A DNA stretch of 64,000 nucleotides from Balanoglossus misakiensis (Eukaryota > Animalia > Hemichordata): the NCBI GenBank assembly GCA_040954595.2, contig CM082579.2, forward strand, positions 2,346,245-2,410,244, read 5' to 3'. This document shows positions 1 to 13,200 of the stretch, piece by piece; within the stretch, counting starts at the first letter, position 1, and each line of letters starts with the position of its first letter. The notes beneath the pieces were generated by a model. The model saw only the letters and a list, made by a program, of their open reading frames with translations, was not told the origin of the DNA and did no database searches. Both the position numbers and the translations under genes were made by a program.

Positions 1-3000
1 GTGATATGTTTGGGGTGCACATATCCATTTACACAAATATTGACGAAAAGCGTAATGAAATACCAGAAATACAGAAGGAGACACCCACAGCTTTCTTGCA
101 ACCATTAAATGTATGATTAATATCAACACAACTAGAATAATATTCAATATTATCACGAATGGCCTCTTGCAAAACTGCGTCGTTAAAATTTAATGTTTTA
201 TCTAGTGATCCATGAAGAATAGAATGTCGCCAATAAAAACTGTTTATGACTCTGCTTCACATGCAAATTGGATGATGACAAGACACAGTTGATACTTAAA
301 AATCAACATTGCCATGCAATATGAAATTCATTTCTCCCATTAATTTGTCATTCTAGCAATTACTTTTGGTGTGTTGCTTTGATTAGTCCTATTAATACTC
401 CATTTTGTCTCGTATGATGTGTGAAGGAAGGCAGTAAACGGCGGAGAGTATATTACTAGTGTACCGGAGCCGCGAATTTATGGTGGAGAATCCGCGTCTG
501 CGCAGACGCATTGTTTACTGCGCGCGGCGGGGGAGAGAGCGATGAGACGGGCAACAACCTTATCCAAAATTAATGCGTGTGTAACAAATGATTCGCAGTG
601 GTTGACAATTCTCCAGAATTATCTCCGAAAGGCAGGATTCACATTATCTTAGAAAGAAGGTCATTTGTATGTTGCTGGATTTTTGGATCGAGGAGAGATT
701 AAAGACCGTCCAGAATGACAAATGTCTCAGAGGACACTGCGAATGACGCAATTGTGTCTACAAGAGAGGGCCCTGGACGTAATCTAATGAGCCGTATTCG
801 AACAGACGGCCAAGCAGCCTCGAATGTTAGTATACGTATTTTTAAAAAAGCACGTTCCAACGTATAATCTTTGGGAGTTTGAAAATGCTATTTCATACCT
901 AATAATTATCAATATTTCGTGCGTTTGGCCGTGTAGGCATAATTTCCAGGCAGTTAGAGAATACCACATCCATCCATTGAAATGGTCGAGCAATACAACC
1001 AAGGGGCAATCAGATGCTTCGAACGAGACTGTGAATAATTCAGCATCTGATATTTCACCTTGAACGGTAATATTTTAAAGTCTTTATCGTTGAAAACATG
1101 TATAAATGATATTTTCGACTGTTTCAAACTCAGTGTTCATAGCCATACCTCTTATATAATCATAGGGGACCTGTCCCGTGGCATTTTAGGTATTTTGTTC
1201 TCTGAAAAAAAAATACTGCGGAAACATGGCGGTAAAACAAGCGAGAACAATACCCTTCTTATTGCCATATTATTGCCCGAGCAAATAAATTGTATTGTGA
1301 TTGGTCGGGTAAACGCGCAGTTAAAGATCAATTATCATTTCCTGTGTTTTTTCGCAACAACTGTACAAACAAGGGCAGTATAGAACGTGTTTGTGTGAGC
1401 GTTTGATGCATTCAGAGCGTGTGTATTCAGAATGTAGCTAAACTTGAGGCAATTACGGCTAACCGACCTAAAGTAAATAGCGCGCGAAGCTTGATGCCAT
1501 CTAAACGGGGTGCCGAACCGAGCAAATAAAATGGGAAATCATTTTGCGTTTTTTAATGGAAGAAAGCTGATGGCAGAGTTTGGCAAGGGCGGGTGGTTGT
1601 GTTAGAGCGCATTCTCAACCGAGACAACGGATCACTCTGATGCGTACACTCCACCTTTTGAAAGAATAGCTTATCTCGCATTATCAGACTAACATCACGC
1701 TGTCACGTCACTCTCGCCAATAAACGACTGTGATTTCTCTTGCTGTAACTTCTCCTCTCGTGGCTTCAAAACCTTTCAACCGAACGATTTCGCAACACAT
1801 TTGGCCTTTAAAACGTTCAATCCCTGGTAAAATGCGCGCTCATACAACTGCACATTTCTTCCCGGGAAAAAAAGAAGTGACATCAACAAAGCGCATCATG
1901 CACAGATGCTGTGCAACTGCCGCCCCAAGCAAATCTCTGAGATCGTGTGGCACAGTCTTTAGCTTAAGTCTGTTTCCTCCATCAAATGCATGTTTTCGTG
2001 CCTCCCAGGCACGTTGTTTGTATATGCCTAACCGTCGCCGAATAATTCTTTACAAAATGATCCCCAACACGTACTGCCTATTGACTTCACGCTCTCCGTT
2101 GGCGGGGCAATATTCAATCCCCAAAACGGGCATCACAAAAAGTTTGCCCCCATTGAGCTGATGTTAAGTGGTCAGTTTTTTCTGAAATATGAAAAAAGTA
2201 GAAACTCTCTCTCGCTCCCACTCCCTCGATTATGCGAACCTATAGGGGAACAGGGGTTTTGTTCGGATTTGCGAACAGTTCGGTTATTCACTCAAATGGG
2301 CAGGGTCCGCATTTGACGTGAGTAGGTATACATATGCATGTATACACTTTTATAGGGATAGTAGGCTATACATAAATTGCGTGTATTGTAGTTTTGAGTT
2401 AATGAAATTTGAGAACTTGAAGTGAGCAAAATAAGTGTGAAATTGAAATTCACTTTGATCGAATTGAGCAAAAACCCTTAAAGAATTTCTGTGACAATCG
2501 GAGAGGTCGGTCCCTGATGTATTCTGTCATTCTCATTATCGCTCGAGTCCCACGATTTTTGACCTCCGCCCCACTTGAAAACTATCTGGCAGTTCAACGC
2601 GTGTAGAATTTTTTTCTACAGATTCATTTAGCAAGCGTCTGTATGCAAATGACAAGCAATTGGCATTAGTCTGCTTGCAGCTTGTGTAAATACTCAAAAA
2701 TGCTAATCAGGGTTTCCCATTAGTCATGCAAAGAATACACAATCGATGCAATACGCACGCAGGGTCTGCATTAGTAAGTCGATCACTTGTGGGTGAGAAA
2801 CAAACACTATGCGAAGCCTGGAACTAAACCGGAAGGGCAGTTTATCACAAAACCGGAAATGAACCGGAAGTGGCAGATGCAACTCGCAACTCCGGGGGAC
2901 TTTTCTGTTCTGCCATTAAATCGATCATCGATCGATAGGTTTGTCTCCAAAGACTGAACAAAACGTCTCTCATGGTTTTTTACTTCGACAGATTAAATTC

Positions 3001-4103
3001 CGACTTTTGTTCTGTGTTTTGGCGCCAACACAAAGCTAAGAAAGGGTGCGGGAATCACGATGCAGATCAGTAGGAAGACCAGAGCGTATAACTGGTGACA
3101 GATACATGTGTAGTGTCCCAAATATATCATAACATCATAATTGGTAAACAGCGGACTCGTTCCTATGTCTCCTGGGTGGATTATCACGACTGATGCCAAC
3201 ATCACAAACGTGAAAATCGCATACATGCCTTTACGCCCTACAGTGAAACATTACATTCTAGATGACCAGTTCATTGCCGATAGTCAGGTGAGCGATCGTG
3301 GCATGCAAGCTAGATATAAGTAACTCTAGTGAACAGTCTTCACGTCACGTTCATGCAGCTAACACCAATGGCGGGAAGTGTAACGTTACCGCTGAACAGG
3401 AAGTCACCTACCACATAATTAATGGCAGGTGATTTTTGCAGACAAGACAACAGCGTGAACTGTAACTACTCAGTGTAATGTGTAAAGCATAAGCGAATGG
3501 CCAACATGCGCGTGAATCTGTTTTTAAAAACTAAATGGCTGAAGCTGCTGCCCCGGTCGTGCCTGGTGAAGTTAACTTATTAAGTTGTTGCCAATAACCT
3601 CATTAAACATCCAAACAGTCTGTGTAGCAATGAATTATGGTTGGTGACACATCAACTTAAGCTCTGTATATTCAAACCTAGTCCTAATGAAACAACAAAT
3701 TTAAGCCAAGCAGAAAATGGAAGAAAACCATCCATCCCAAGACAGTTATCATAGTAAACAAACATTAAATGGCCCGTGACTTGCGTAATTGTCAAATAAT
3801 TTTGATCAAAATTGTATTTTAGTCGCACTACAATTGATCATTTTAATTATTAACATTATTGATTATTGGGTTGAATAGACTTATTTATGACCCAATTGAA
3901 CATAATCATTTATCAATATCTACGTTTTGTCAATTTAATCAGTAAAGAGTATATCTTGACTATGTGGATTTATAATGAGCGCTAGACGCAGGTGTTTGAC
4001 AGAAGCCATATATAAGAGGTTGGGTAATACTGATGTGCAGAATACTGGAGTAATTATTCTAACAGAAGTGACATTTCTAATCAAGGGATCTTTTTTCACT
4101 TAC

Positions 4104-4256
4104 CTAGGGCTACCCTTGCGGAGGTAGCCTCGTGGTTGATCCAGAAAGACACCCATGACAATATCACGATGAGAATACACGGCAGATAGGTTTGCAGCAC
4201 GAAAAATCCAATGCTTCGTTTCAAAAGGAACTTCAGCGACAGTCTTGGGTAGGCAC
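4104..4256 (-). CDS. beta subunit coding exon 7 (loop C, M1, start of M2)
   Basis: 153 bp, [58 protein letters not shown] donor. Confidence 0.96.
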
Positions 4257-7198
4257 CTGCACATAGATAACTATGACTCATGTTAAACGTGCTACCGACT
4301 GGACACCCGGACTCGCGTTCATGCAGTTCGTGTAACCCTTCACTGGCACAAAGCCACGGACACCGACTTAGATAATTAGACACATACACACTTGCACACA
4401 CCAGTCAGTCATTCAGTCTGTCTGTCTGTATATGATGGTTGTTAGAATTACTCTTTTTAAAATTGAAGCATCAAGTTATTCCCTAGGAAGTAACATGTGT
4501 ATTTACCGCCAATTTGATTTGAAAGGCAGTTTGATCTTCTGATCCTAAATCTAGTCACCTCTGATATTTTGTGGTTTTAACGAGAAAATGTCACTGACAG
4601 AGAGTATTGAAAAGGTTTAGAACACCAACCTTCAGAATGGGTACCACTTAATAAGTCACAATGCACGATTAGAACATAAATGAGATGAAGTGACACATGT
4701 GAAATGCCCGGATGTTCAATGCATATTTCTTCTCATAAGTAACAAAGACATCTCACATGAACTTTCTTGATACACAATCTTACCTGTAGAAAATGAAATT
4801 ATCCTCTCTACAAGCGCATAATCTTGAATTTCGAACTGTGGCAGGTCAATATTTTGCATCCCCACCACCGATGCATTGCCATGTTTCCATGTATACAGCA
4901 TGTCATCAGTGGTATAGCCGTCTGTGATGAGAGAAAAAAGAGAGTGGAGGTGTCATCACGTTTAATAGTTGTGTACAGCAAACATGAAATCGATGCTTTG
5001 CCGCTCATTGCGAGATCTCGCGAGACTTGGTTAATTACCGTGGCAACATGATACAAGTTACGCTTTCTATGAAACTAGAATAGGTTCGGAGTTTCAACAG
5101 AACTTGCAACTTTTGCGCTGTACAGCGCCACGGACAGTGTATTGTTTGTCCTGTGCCTCGCGTATAAAGTAACTAGCCACGCGAGATATCGCGTGGCTTC
5201 ATGGAGGTCGGGAAATGGCCTATTGGATGTGGCCAGGAACACGTGTACCAACAACGCGGTATTAGCTGTGGACCATTTCGATTAAACAGAAGCGCGCGAG
5301 TCTTTATCACTGATTCCACGAACAAATAGTTATAGAAGTAGTCAGAGAGAGAGAGAGTTTAGAGATGTAAACGTTTTCCAAATCGTGCCTATTGCCATCA
5401 GAGCAGTGGTGACACGTCATTGCCATTTGATTTTTGAAAGCACATCACTTCGAATGTGATCCTTTGAAGAGAGGTTTGTTAGCATCTTTGAAATGTTTAG
5501 ACTGAATGTGTAACAGATGGATTGATTAGAAAAAGACTTGAATGTACAACCGACGGACCGCTTTTACACTGCGCCCTCTTTGCAATGGCCCTTTATTCGA
5601 CATGTTGTGTGGGATTTACTGCATGGGGTAAAATTAGCTCTTGTCATTGTCCGCATCTCATCAACAGACACTTATTTCTGGAGATGACAGGTAGATTTCG
5701 AATACTTGCCGCGAGCGTGATTTGTGTCATATCTAAGTGTACAATAGACGTCAAAAATTCAGACTCAGCTATTTTTCTAGAAACGTATTCAATTTTAAAG
5801 ACATGCCAGCCAAAATGACGTTTAAAGAGTAAAGAAAATTAGAAAAAAACGTAAGAAAGTTTCCCAAAATCACAGAAAGAAGCATAAGAAAAGATGACGT
5901 GAGCTCGTTATCAAAGCCAGGATTTATGAATATTCATAGCATACAGAGTAAAGCCGTGGTACGCGCGCCCACATTTAACTTTTTACGCCAACCGCACCCA
6001 TGAATATTCCTTGCGCGTGTCGCAAGGTAGATCACAGACAAACGGAAGACATGACAACCGCTGCCACGTCATATCAGGTCTCTCGTCAGCCAACAGTACA
6101 GTCAAGAATGGTCTCTTTTTAAAGGTCGTATTTGAGTCACGTCGCGACTGATGTAACGGTCGCACAACTATTAGGAAGCAAAGTCTCTCCGTGATCAAAA
6201 TGCTTCATAAAAGCCGAATAACCTTTCCCGCAAATTGAATTGGGACAGTTGACGATGCATAGCTGCTTTCCATTCTCCCAATCACCAAGGGAGACTACAA
6301 AATGACTTCCATGTTATCCATTCTTCCGCGTATTTATGAATTTAATCGACACAATCCCGCAATTAACTCTCGAGTTATTTTTGTTCATGGACTGACAAAA
6401 TGAACACAGGCGACCGCTGATTTATTATGAAACGAGTGACGCCTCCATACAGTGCACTGGGATCAACGTTGATCATCATAAGACGAATCAAAAGAATGCT
6501 CTATGTTTTACCTTTTAATTTTTGGTTATGAATTATTCCTCACTGTGCTCGCACAATGGGAGTCATTGGTGCTATTTTTGCAATCACGTTAAGTCCATCA
6601 AATTACCAGACAAAAAAGGGCCTTCGTGCTTTCCACCATATCGATAGACTTTCCAAATTCCCTTTCCCCCTTAATCTACAGAGATAATCAAATTCTCTCG
6701 TTGATGCCAGTCGAAACCCAAGCATTGACTAAGCTTCGCGTGTTTACGGAAATAATTATCGATTAGTTACTTATTAAAGGATTTTTACACATGTGACGCT
6801 TGCTGATTTGATTAGTAGCGGTTGCTGTCAACTATCCCGGGGGATATCTGGCCAAAATAACGCAATCCCCAGAAAAATCACGGAAAGACACGCGCGTTCA
6901 AACTAACGTTGATTTTGTTAGCTGATGTTCCACTGGCTCGGAGTAATACAAGAGCGAGCCAGCCTCCACGGGGACGCTAAACACACCAAGGCCAGTCAGT
7001 AATTCTAATAGTACAGATGCACTTACAAATTTCCCTCGTGCTCCCCCAAAATTCATAGGCGCACTAAATTAGAAACAATTGAAAACGATGACAGAATTAA
7101 ACAGTTGTCGGACTGGATCACAAATACTGACAGCTCTAATCAAAAGAATTGTAATATCACGAGTAAGTTTATTGATCATTTCAAGACGAAAAAATGAC

Positions 7199-7236
<38 letters not shown>

Positions 7237-10200
7237 GAGAAATGTTCATCGTTGTATTGAATCCTCTTGAATGGCTACGATACTAGAGTACGGATAGCGC
7301 GTTGATGAAACGTCAGATGACAGATTAAGGTTATGGCTTGCTCAGTTCAGAACAAGTTTTCAGTACGCGATCAATTGGTTCAGGGATCACACGTTGTACA
7401 GATGTGCCGTAACACCGCTGAATACAAAGCGCGTAGAATGCACGCGTGTTAGAGAGTGATGTATGATGCGGTTTAGTTATACACCGACTGGTGATATGCC
7501 ATCTGAGCTCTCCATTTGACCTAGATCAACATTCCAGTATGAAGATAAATACCGTGAAAGTAAATTAGTTTTAACGAGGGACGTTCGCGGGGAAACATCT
7601 TTGTCGCACACCTTGAAAAATGTGCCTCCGCGCCATGGGGCATTAAAACGGTGCTCAATGGCACAGCAACATCTCACGACACATCAGAACACCAATTTAT
7701 CTGACAGACCTACAAATCACACGCGAACGGAATTCACCGAACCCTGTCAACGTCCCGACGGCACGGCACTGATAAACGCCCGCTTTATTTTCATTTTGTT
7801 TCGGCAAATGGGGTCGTGAGCTCAACTGTCGTCCATCCATTTCAACGAAGGCGAAAAAGGGGAAGCCCGTTCTGGGAAACTGTCACACAGTCATCCCAGA
7901 TGGTGCTTGTCTCTGCCGGAGTCACGTGTCAGTGGAAGTTGTATTAATTGAATGCAATTTGTTACCGATGCCGTTACGTGGATGGAAATCCAAGAATCAG
8001 GGAAATATTGCGACTACGTGCGCTTTTAATTTCGCGATGTGTCGATGGACTGAATAAGCGGTAACCCCTGTCGAACTACTTTGCCAACATTTGCATTTCC
8101 TGACAGGAACAGAGTATGACCCCCAAGTACGAAGAGAAATGTCACCGCCGGCAATCTGGCGACAAATAAATGAGAGAACAGCTTTTGCAAATTATTTACC
8201 AACGACAACACACATTTAAATAGTCGTTTCGGCTTCACCTCATACGAAAATATGTCTCATAAGAAAATGTCTGCGCTTGTGACGTCATTTCCTGCCGTTT
8301 TTTTCTAACAATAAAACCGGAAGTAGTATTTCTGAACTGGCCCCTTTCCAAGTCACTAGGCCTATATCTGCGTATTTTAGTGTTTTACACTGTAACACTA
8401 TAACAGAATTTACACATTTACACAGTGTGTCAGGAAAGTGAACCGATATTTTTCCTTAGCTTCTTCGACTTGAGCTCACGCGCGCTTGATAATGATTTCG
8501 AAAACGTTATAGGCGTTTAGAGATGGCTTGGCCAACGAAGAAGTCTTCTGGGTCAAATGTATGCACACAGCAAAGATTATTCAGATTGCATGAAGTATGG
8601 CTGCGTAGAGAGGAAACACAGGAACCTAATATTCAGAGATAGCCTTCTTTCTCAGCATCTAAAGTGGAGTTATCGGGGAAATTTTTGACCTTTGCACCTT
8701 CGTTGCAGACCAGGACATCCCCACGGGAAAGCTTTATCATCCATTACGCATTCACTTTAACTATGTGTTTATCGTATCAGCTCTCCTGAATTTTAAAGGA
8801 CAGTTGGACTATTTTTCAGTATTTTTGTTCTGGGTCTCAACTGCAATTTCTTGTTGCAATGCTTTACTTTACCCATGCCTGTCAACATAGCGCGCGTGTG
8901 TGCAACGCCTGTTGTTATTTTTGACAGTCCGGACATGAAGACAGGTGGCAGCTACTGGGGCTTTAAACAAAGCCCATAAAAACCCGGTGTATACCAGCGA
9001 AATCTTCAGTAACAGCTTCGAAAGAAATAGGAGCAGCCATATTGAATACTACCCCCCCCCCCCCCCCAAGATATCAACGTGCATTAGTAGGCCATGGCAC
9101 TTCGTCCTTGCACGAATCACGAAAACATTGCTTGCGGCATTTCTGAATGGTGGCATGATGCGCGGGATGTACGCAGCTCAATCTATATAGACCCGACATA
9201 ATGCAACGTTGCACATGGACTTCCCCAGAACACGACATGCCTGATTACTTCTAATAACATCATTCGCTTTGACGAACAAAATTAAAACAATCGTATACTC
9301 TCATCGCACAGTTCACATGCAAGTCCCATAGTTAATCCTGTTATAGGTTTCACGCCAGTAAATACGGCTTCATTGACATTGCATATAAATTATTAAGGTA
9401 ATGCGACCCTGGTCTAAACTTGTTACTATCAACATAAAAAGCCTGAAACCTATACATGTTGACTTACAAGTGATCGGAAATGCGCGTACGTGATTTTTAC
9501 CATCAGAGAAAAATCCCCCTATGACACTGTAGCTGCAGCCTGACACAGGCGTCATTTTTCATGTATGCCCCAGAAGAAAAAAAAAATGTATGAAAAGTAG
9601 TTTTAGTTCGTTGTCTTCCTCCTACTGTTAAACATTAACACGGTAACTAACGTGACAGTTATGATAAATGGCATAATTTCTACGTATTATTTTATGGTTA
9701 TGGATCCGACAAGTTTTTTTGTCATTAAAGGCTACAACTACACAAAACAGTGTGGACAACAGGGACTGAAACAAAGCCTGTCGACAAAATCAAATCACTG
9801 TTTTAGTTGCCTTTTGTTTGTTGTGTGTTGTTCTCAGAGGGATATGAACGATCAATCAAATTGATCTTTCGAAGAAGTGGGGGATATATAAACGTGCTAG
9901 CCGAACTAAAATCTGACGCCTGGAAGGCTGATGATCGAGATGATCATATTTCAAATACCCTTTGTCTTCATTAGGGACTCGTGCAATTCTAAAAATAAGA
10001 CCCAAATCAGCTTAGTTGCCCATGACGTCACGATGTTATCATATTTCCGTGTGGCTCGGGTATAAGGAAATCGAATGGAGTCGAGGCTAGCGCAGATGAA
10101 ACATCATCAAAATCGAATTTAGAGGCGTTGGATCGCCCGGGGAAAAATAAAACTGTACAAATCTTGATCGACGAAATTGCGCTGTACAGATGACAGTTTT

Positions 10201-13200
10201 TTCATCCAAGGTAATCTTTGATGCCCCAAACGTGCTCCAAAAGATTGCCGAGGTTGAGGCCTCCTGTTCTCTGCATGTCAGTGTCTTACATATTCTACTC
10301 AGTAAAAGTGAAGTTGGCGGCCGGGTCGGCGCGCATGTTTGCCAGACGTCAGCGTCTCTGCAGACAGGGTCATGCCACTAATTACGCGGTTTATTCCAGA
10401 AAACTTTTAGCTATTCGATAATTTAGAGGAGGAAAACCGTACCCGATACTGCAATTTTGAATCGACAATAATGCGACACCGCTGCGTCGGAAACAGATAG
10501 TACCATTATCTTCAATTGACTTGAGATCTCTGCTAAGACCGTCGATACTCAATCCTCGAGAAGACACATTGAGATTTAAAAGTAAAACCGGATCTTATAC
10601 TTCACTTCCAGAGCCGTAAACATGCCATTTGTTTAAGTAGCAAAGACATGATTGCTTGTCTTATGAAAATTGATCACCTCCAGGGTTTATATGCATTCGT
10701 TTAGTAGCAGTCCTGCATAGCGCTAACGTTTATAATCACCATTCACTAAAAAAGAACCGTGATAAGCTGATTTCATGATCTAGAACGTTGACCTTCTGAT
10801 TTTGTGTTTTCAGTTTCAACGGAGCAATAAATAATATACTGAAAACTAAATAGATGCAAATACAAGAGACAAGTAATAACAGCCGAAACATTTTGGCTGG
10901 TCTAAAAACCACCTAAACGAAACCTCTATTTTACCTTTTGACAACTGTCTTTACCAGATATTTTGAGGTATAAACCCTGGCTTCCGGGAAATACATGCTA
11001 AATAAAACACCGTAATTTTAGCTTTGGTATCATCTCGCGTTTTCTCGTTGCCTTCTGTCTTAATACGAGTGGATGAAAGCCGACATGACGTCACAGCACA
11101 ATCATCAAATTTCACACCCACTGGTGATTGGGGGTGACTGCATCCCGACCTTTGCACATTTCTTCTTCTTTCCCCCCTTTGTTGTCGAGATAATAAAGAT
11201 ATCAAGGCGCGAAACAAAGCGAGACCGCGCGCGAATCCTCAAATCAGATTACTGCGCTGATGTCCAACAACCTGATTGGGGTGGACAGGTTGGAGGCGGG
11301 GGGCAATGCGTCGGGACGGTAATGGGATCGAGTGATGCAAAGAAGATATTGGAACTTACAGCTCTCTATCTCCAATGTACAGTTCTGAACGTCTAGTGGA
11401 TAATCGTGGAGGTCCATCATACATGACGCCACCGTCGTTATTCTATTACGAAGAGAGAGATAGAGAAACGAACGACGTAAAAATCGAAAGATCAGATGTC
11501 AATCTGCTTTGACGCTTCCATAAAAAGCGATTTTCGTGAAGAATGCACCCGTGCAAACTCAACAGCCCGACAAGTTATTTATTCGAATAATTGGTTGCGC
11601 ATATAATGGCCGCCCCTGGATGTTAGAAGCACAAGAGAGCTGGCCCAGTGCGGTCCGGGTGGCGTCCACAGACTTATGATGTTTGTCCATAATTGTCCAC
11701 ACATTCCATACACAGAAATGAATTCCAATTTCCGACCTATTCAATAAAATTTAACTAAAAGCATATGGGGAAATTATAAAGACTGTTGATTCTGCATTAA
11801 GTAAACGGACGCATAGATACGTATTTGAAAATTCCTTTGTGGTCTTGTGTGTTGCAATAAATGGATATCATTATACTGTGTGCGTTCTATGGAGATGAGA
11901 TGGCAAACTCCCCGGTGATGTGACGTCATTGCGCCTGTGTTTATTTTGGGAATGTCAATTCCACCGAAGTGAATACCTGGTTAGTTATCATCAAACACTG
12001 GGGCCGAGAGACCCTAAACAAACTTTGCTCGCATGCGGCGTACACTGATGCATTGGAATCTCGGTACACGCGGCGCGAGAAACTTCCCCCCGGGGCGTGG
12101 GAAGCGATTTCACCCCTGACTGGGCTGACACGTGCGACGACTGAGAAAGGTAAACAAAACGGGCGTGCTGGATGAAATACATCAGAAATGAAACGAGCCT
12201 AACCTCTTTAGAGAGAGACACAGGCACGAGATGATAAGTCACCGAGCTCGCTGACCTGAAACTTACAAGACTAGGTTACTAAAATGTGATAAGCGGGCGT
12301 AGCCGAACTTACCTCAGTCCGTATAGAACACTCCCGTCATGATGCAGCCGTAACATTCTGTTTGACACTGTCACCTGGTGAACGAACGATTTTTTGTCAT
12401 TCACGAAGTATGTATCCGGCACCCATATTTCATCGGCCAGTCGCCCATCGAATGAAATGTTACCGAGACCCGGGTCATATTCTAGTCTTCTGTCTTGCCA
12501 GTATTGCCTGAGGTACATCGTTATCGTATAATCCTGGAACAGATGAATAAGAAAGCTTTTGTCACGTGACAATCACCATTTTTGCAGTTCAAGGAAGTAC
12601 GATTCACTTAAGATTTACTAAGGATATTGCTATGACAACGGGTACCCGATATCTTACTCCTTTTCTCTCACGCAAACGCCGATAAAACATCTCTTTTAAA
12701 ATGCGGTATATTCTGTTGTGTTACACATCACTGTTGTCCCTTTGTTGTCATCAGCAGGCAACGGGAACATGAGACCGTTTTAGGGCAAATATATTGAATC
12801 TTCATAGCATGCGATACTCTGTGTTATTAGAGCTTACGTCATCAATGAACTAACTGATTTTGGTCAAAAAATATATCTAGCGAATACAAATATAAAGCAT
12901 TGCATGGTTTGACGTTCACAAACAAGACTTGCAGACACACACTAGTACAAATCCCCACACATCCGTCCCCCAGATGCCCGAGTATCTCTATAGCAACCAT
13001 GCAGTAAATATGGCCAACCAGCGCTCGCGCTGCGTTGAGCGCGCTGGCGAGGGAAACAAATCAGGATGCGTGAAAAATGACAAATTTCTACCGGCAAGAA
13101 ATGAGGCAAGTTATTGAATTTCCTCGCTTGAATTCTTTCGGCTGTGCCCATGTTTGTTGGGAGAACTAAACAGAACACAGTCAGGAGGAAATGTCCGCCG

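Noticed and set aside
494-509. 16-bp perfect palindrome GCGTCTGCGCAGACGC
   Set aside because: Isolated; I could not link element boundaries or a second copy to it.
2993-3226. Hydrophobic minus-strand ORF as the missing beta M2-M3 exon
   Set aside because: Lacks ITTVLTMTT, LPK and any M3 similarity. The remaining beta exons were not found in 1-4103.
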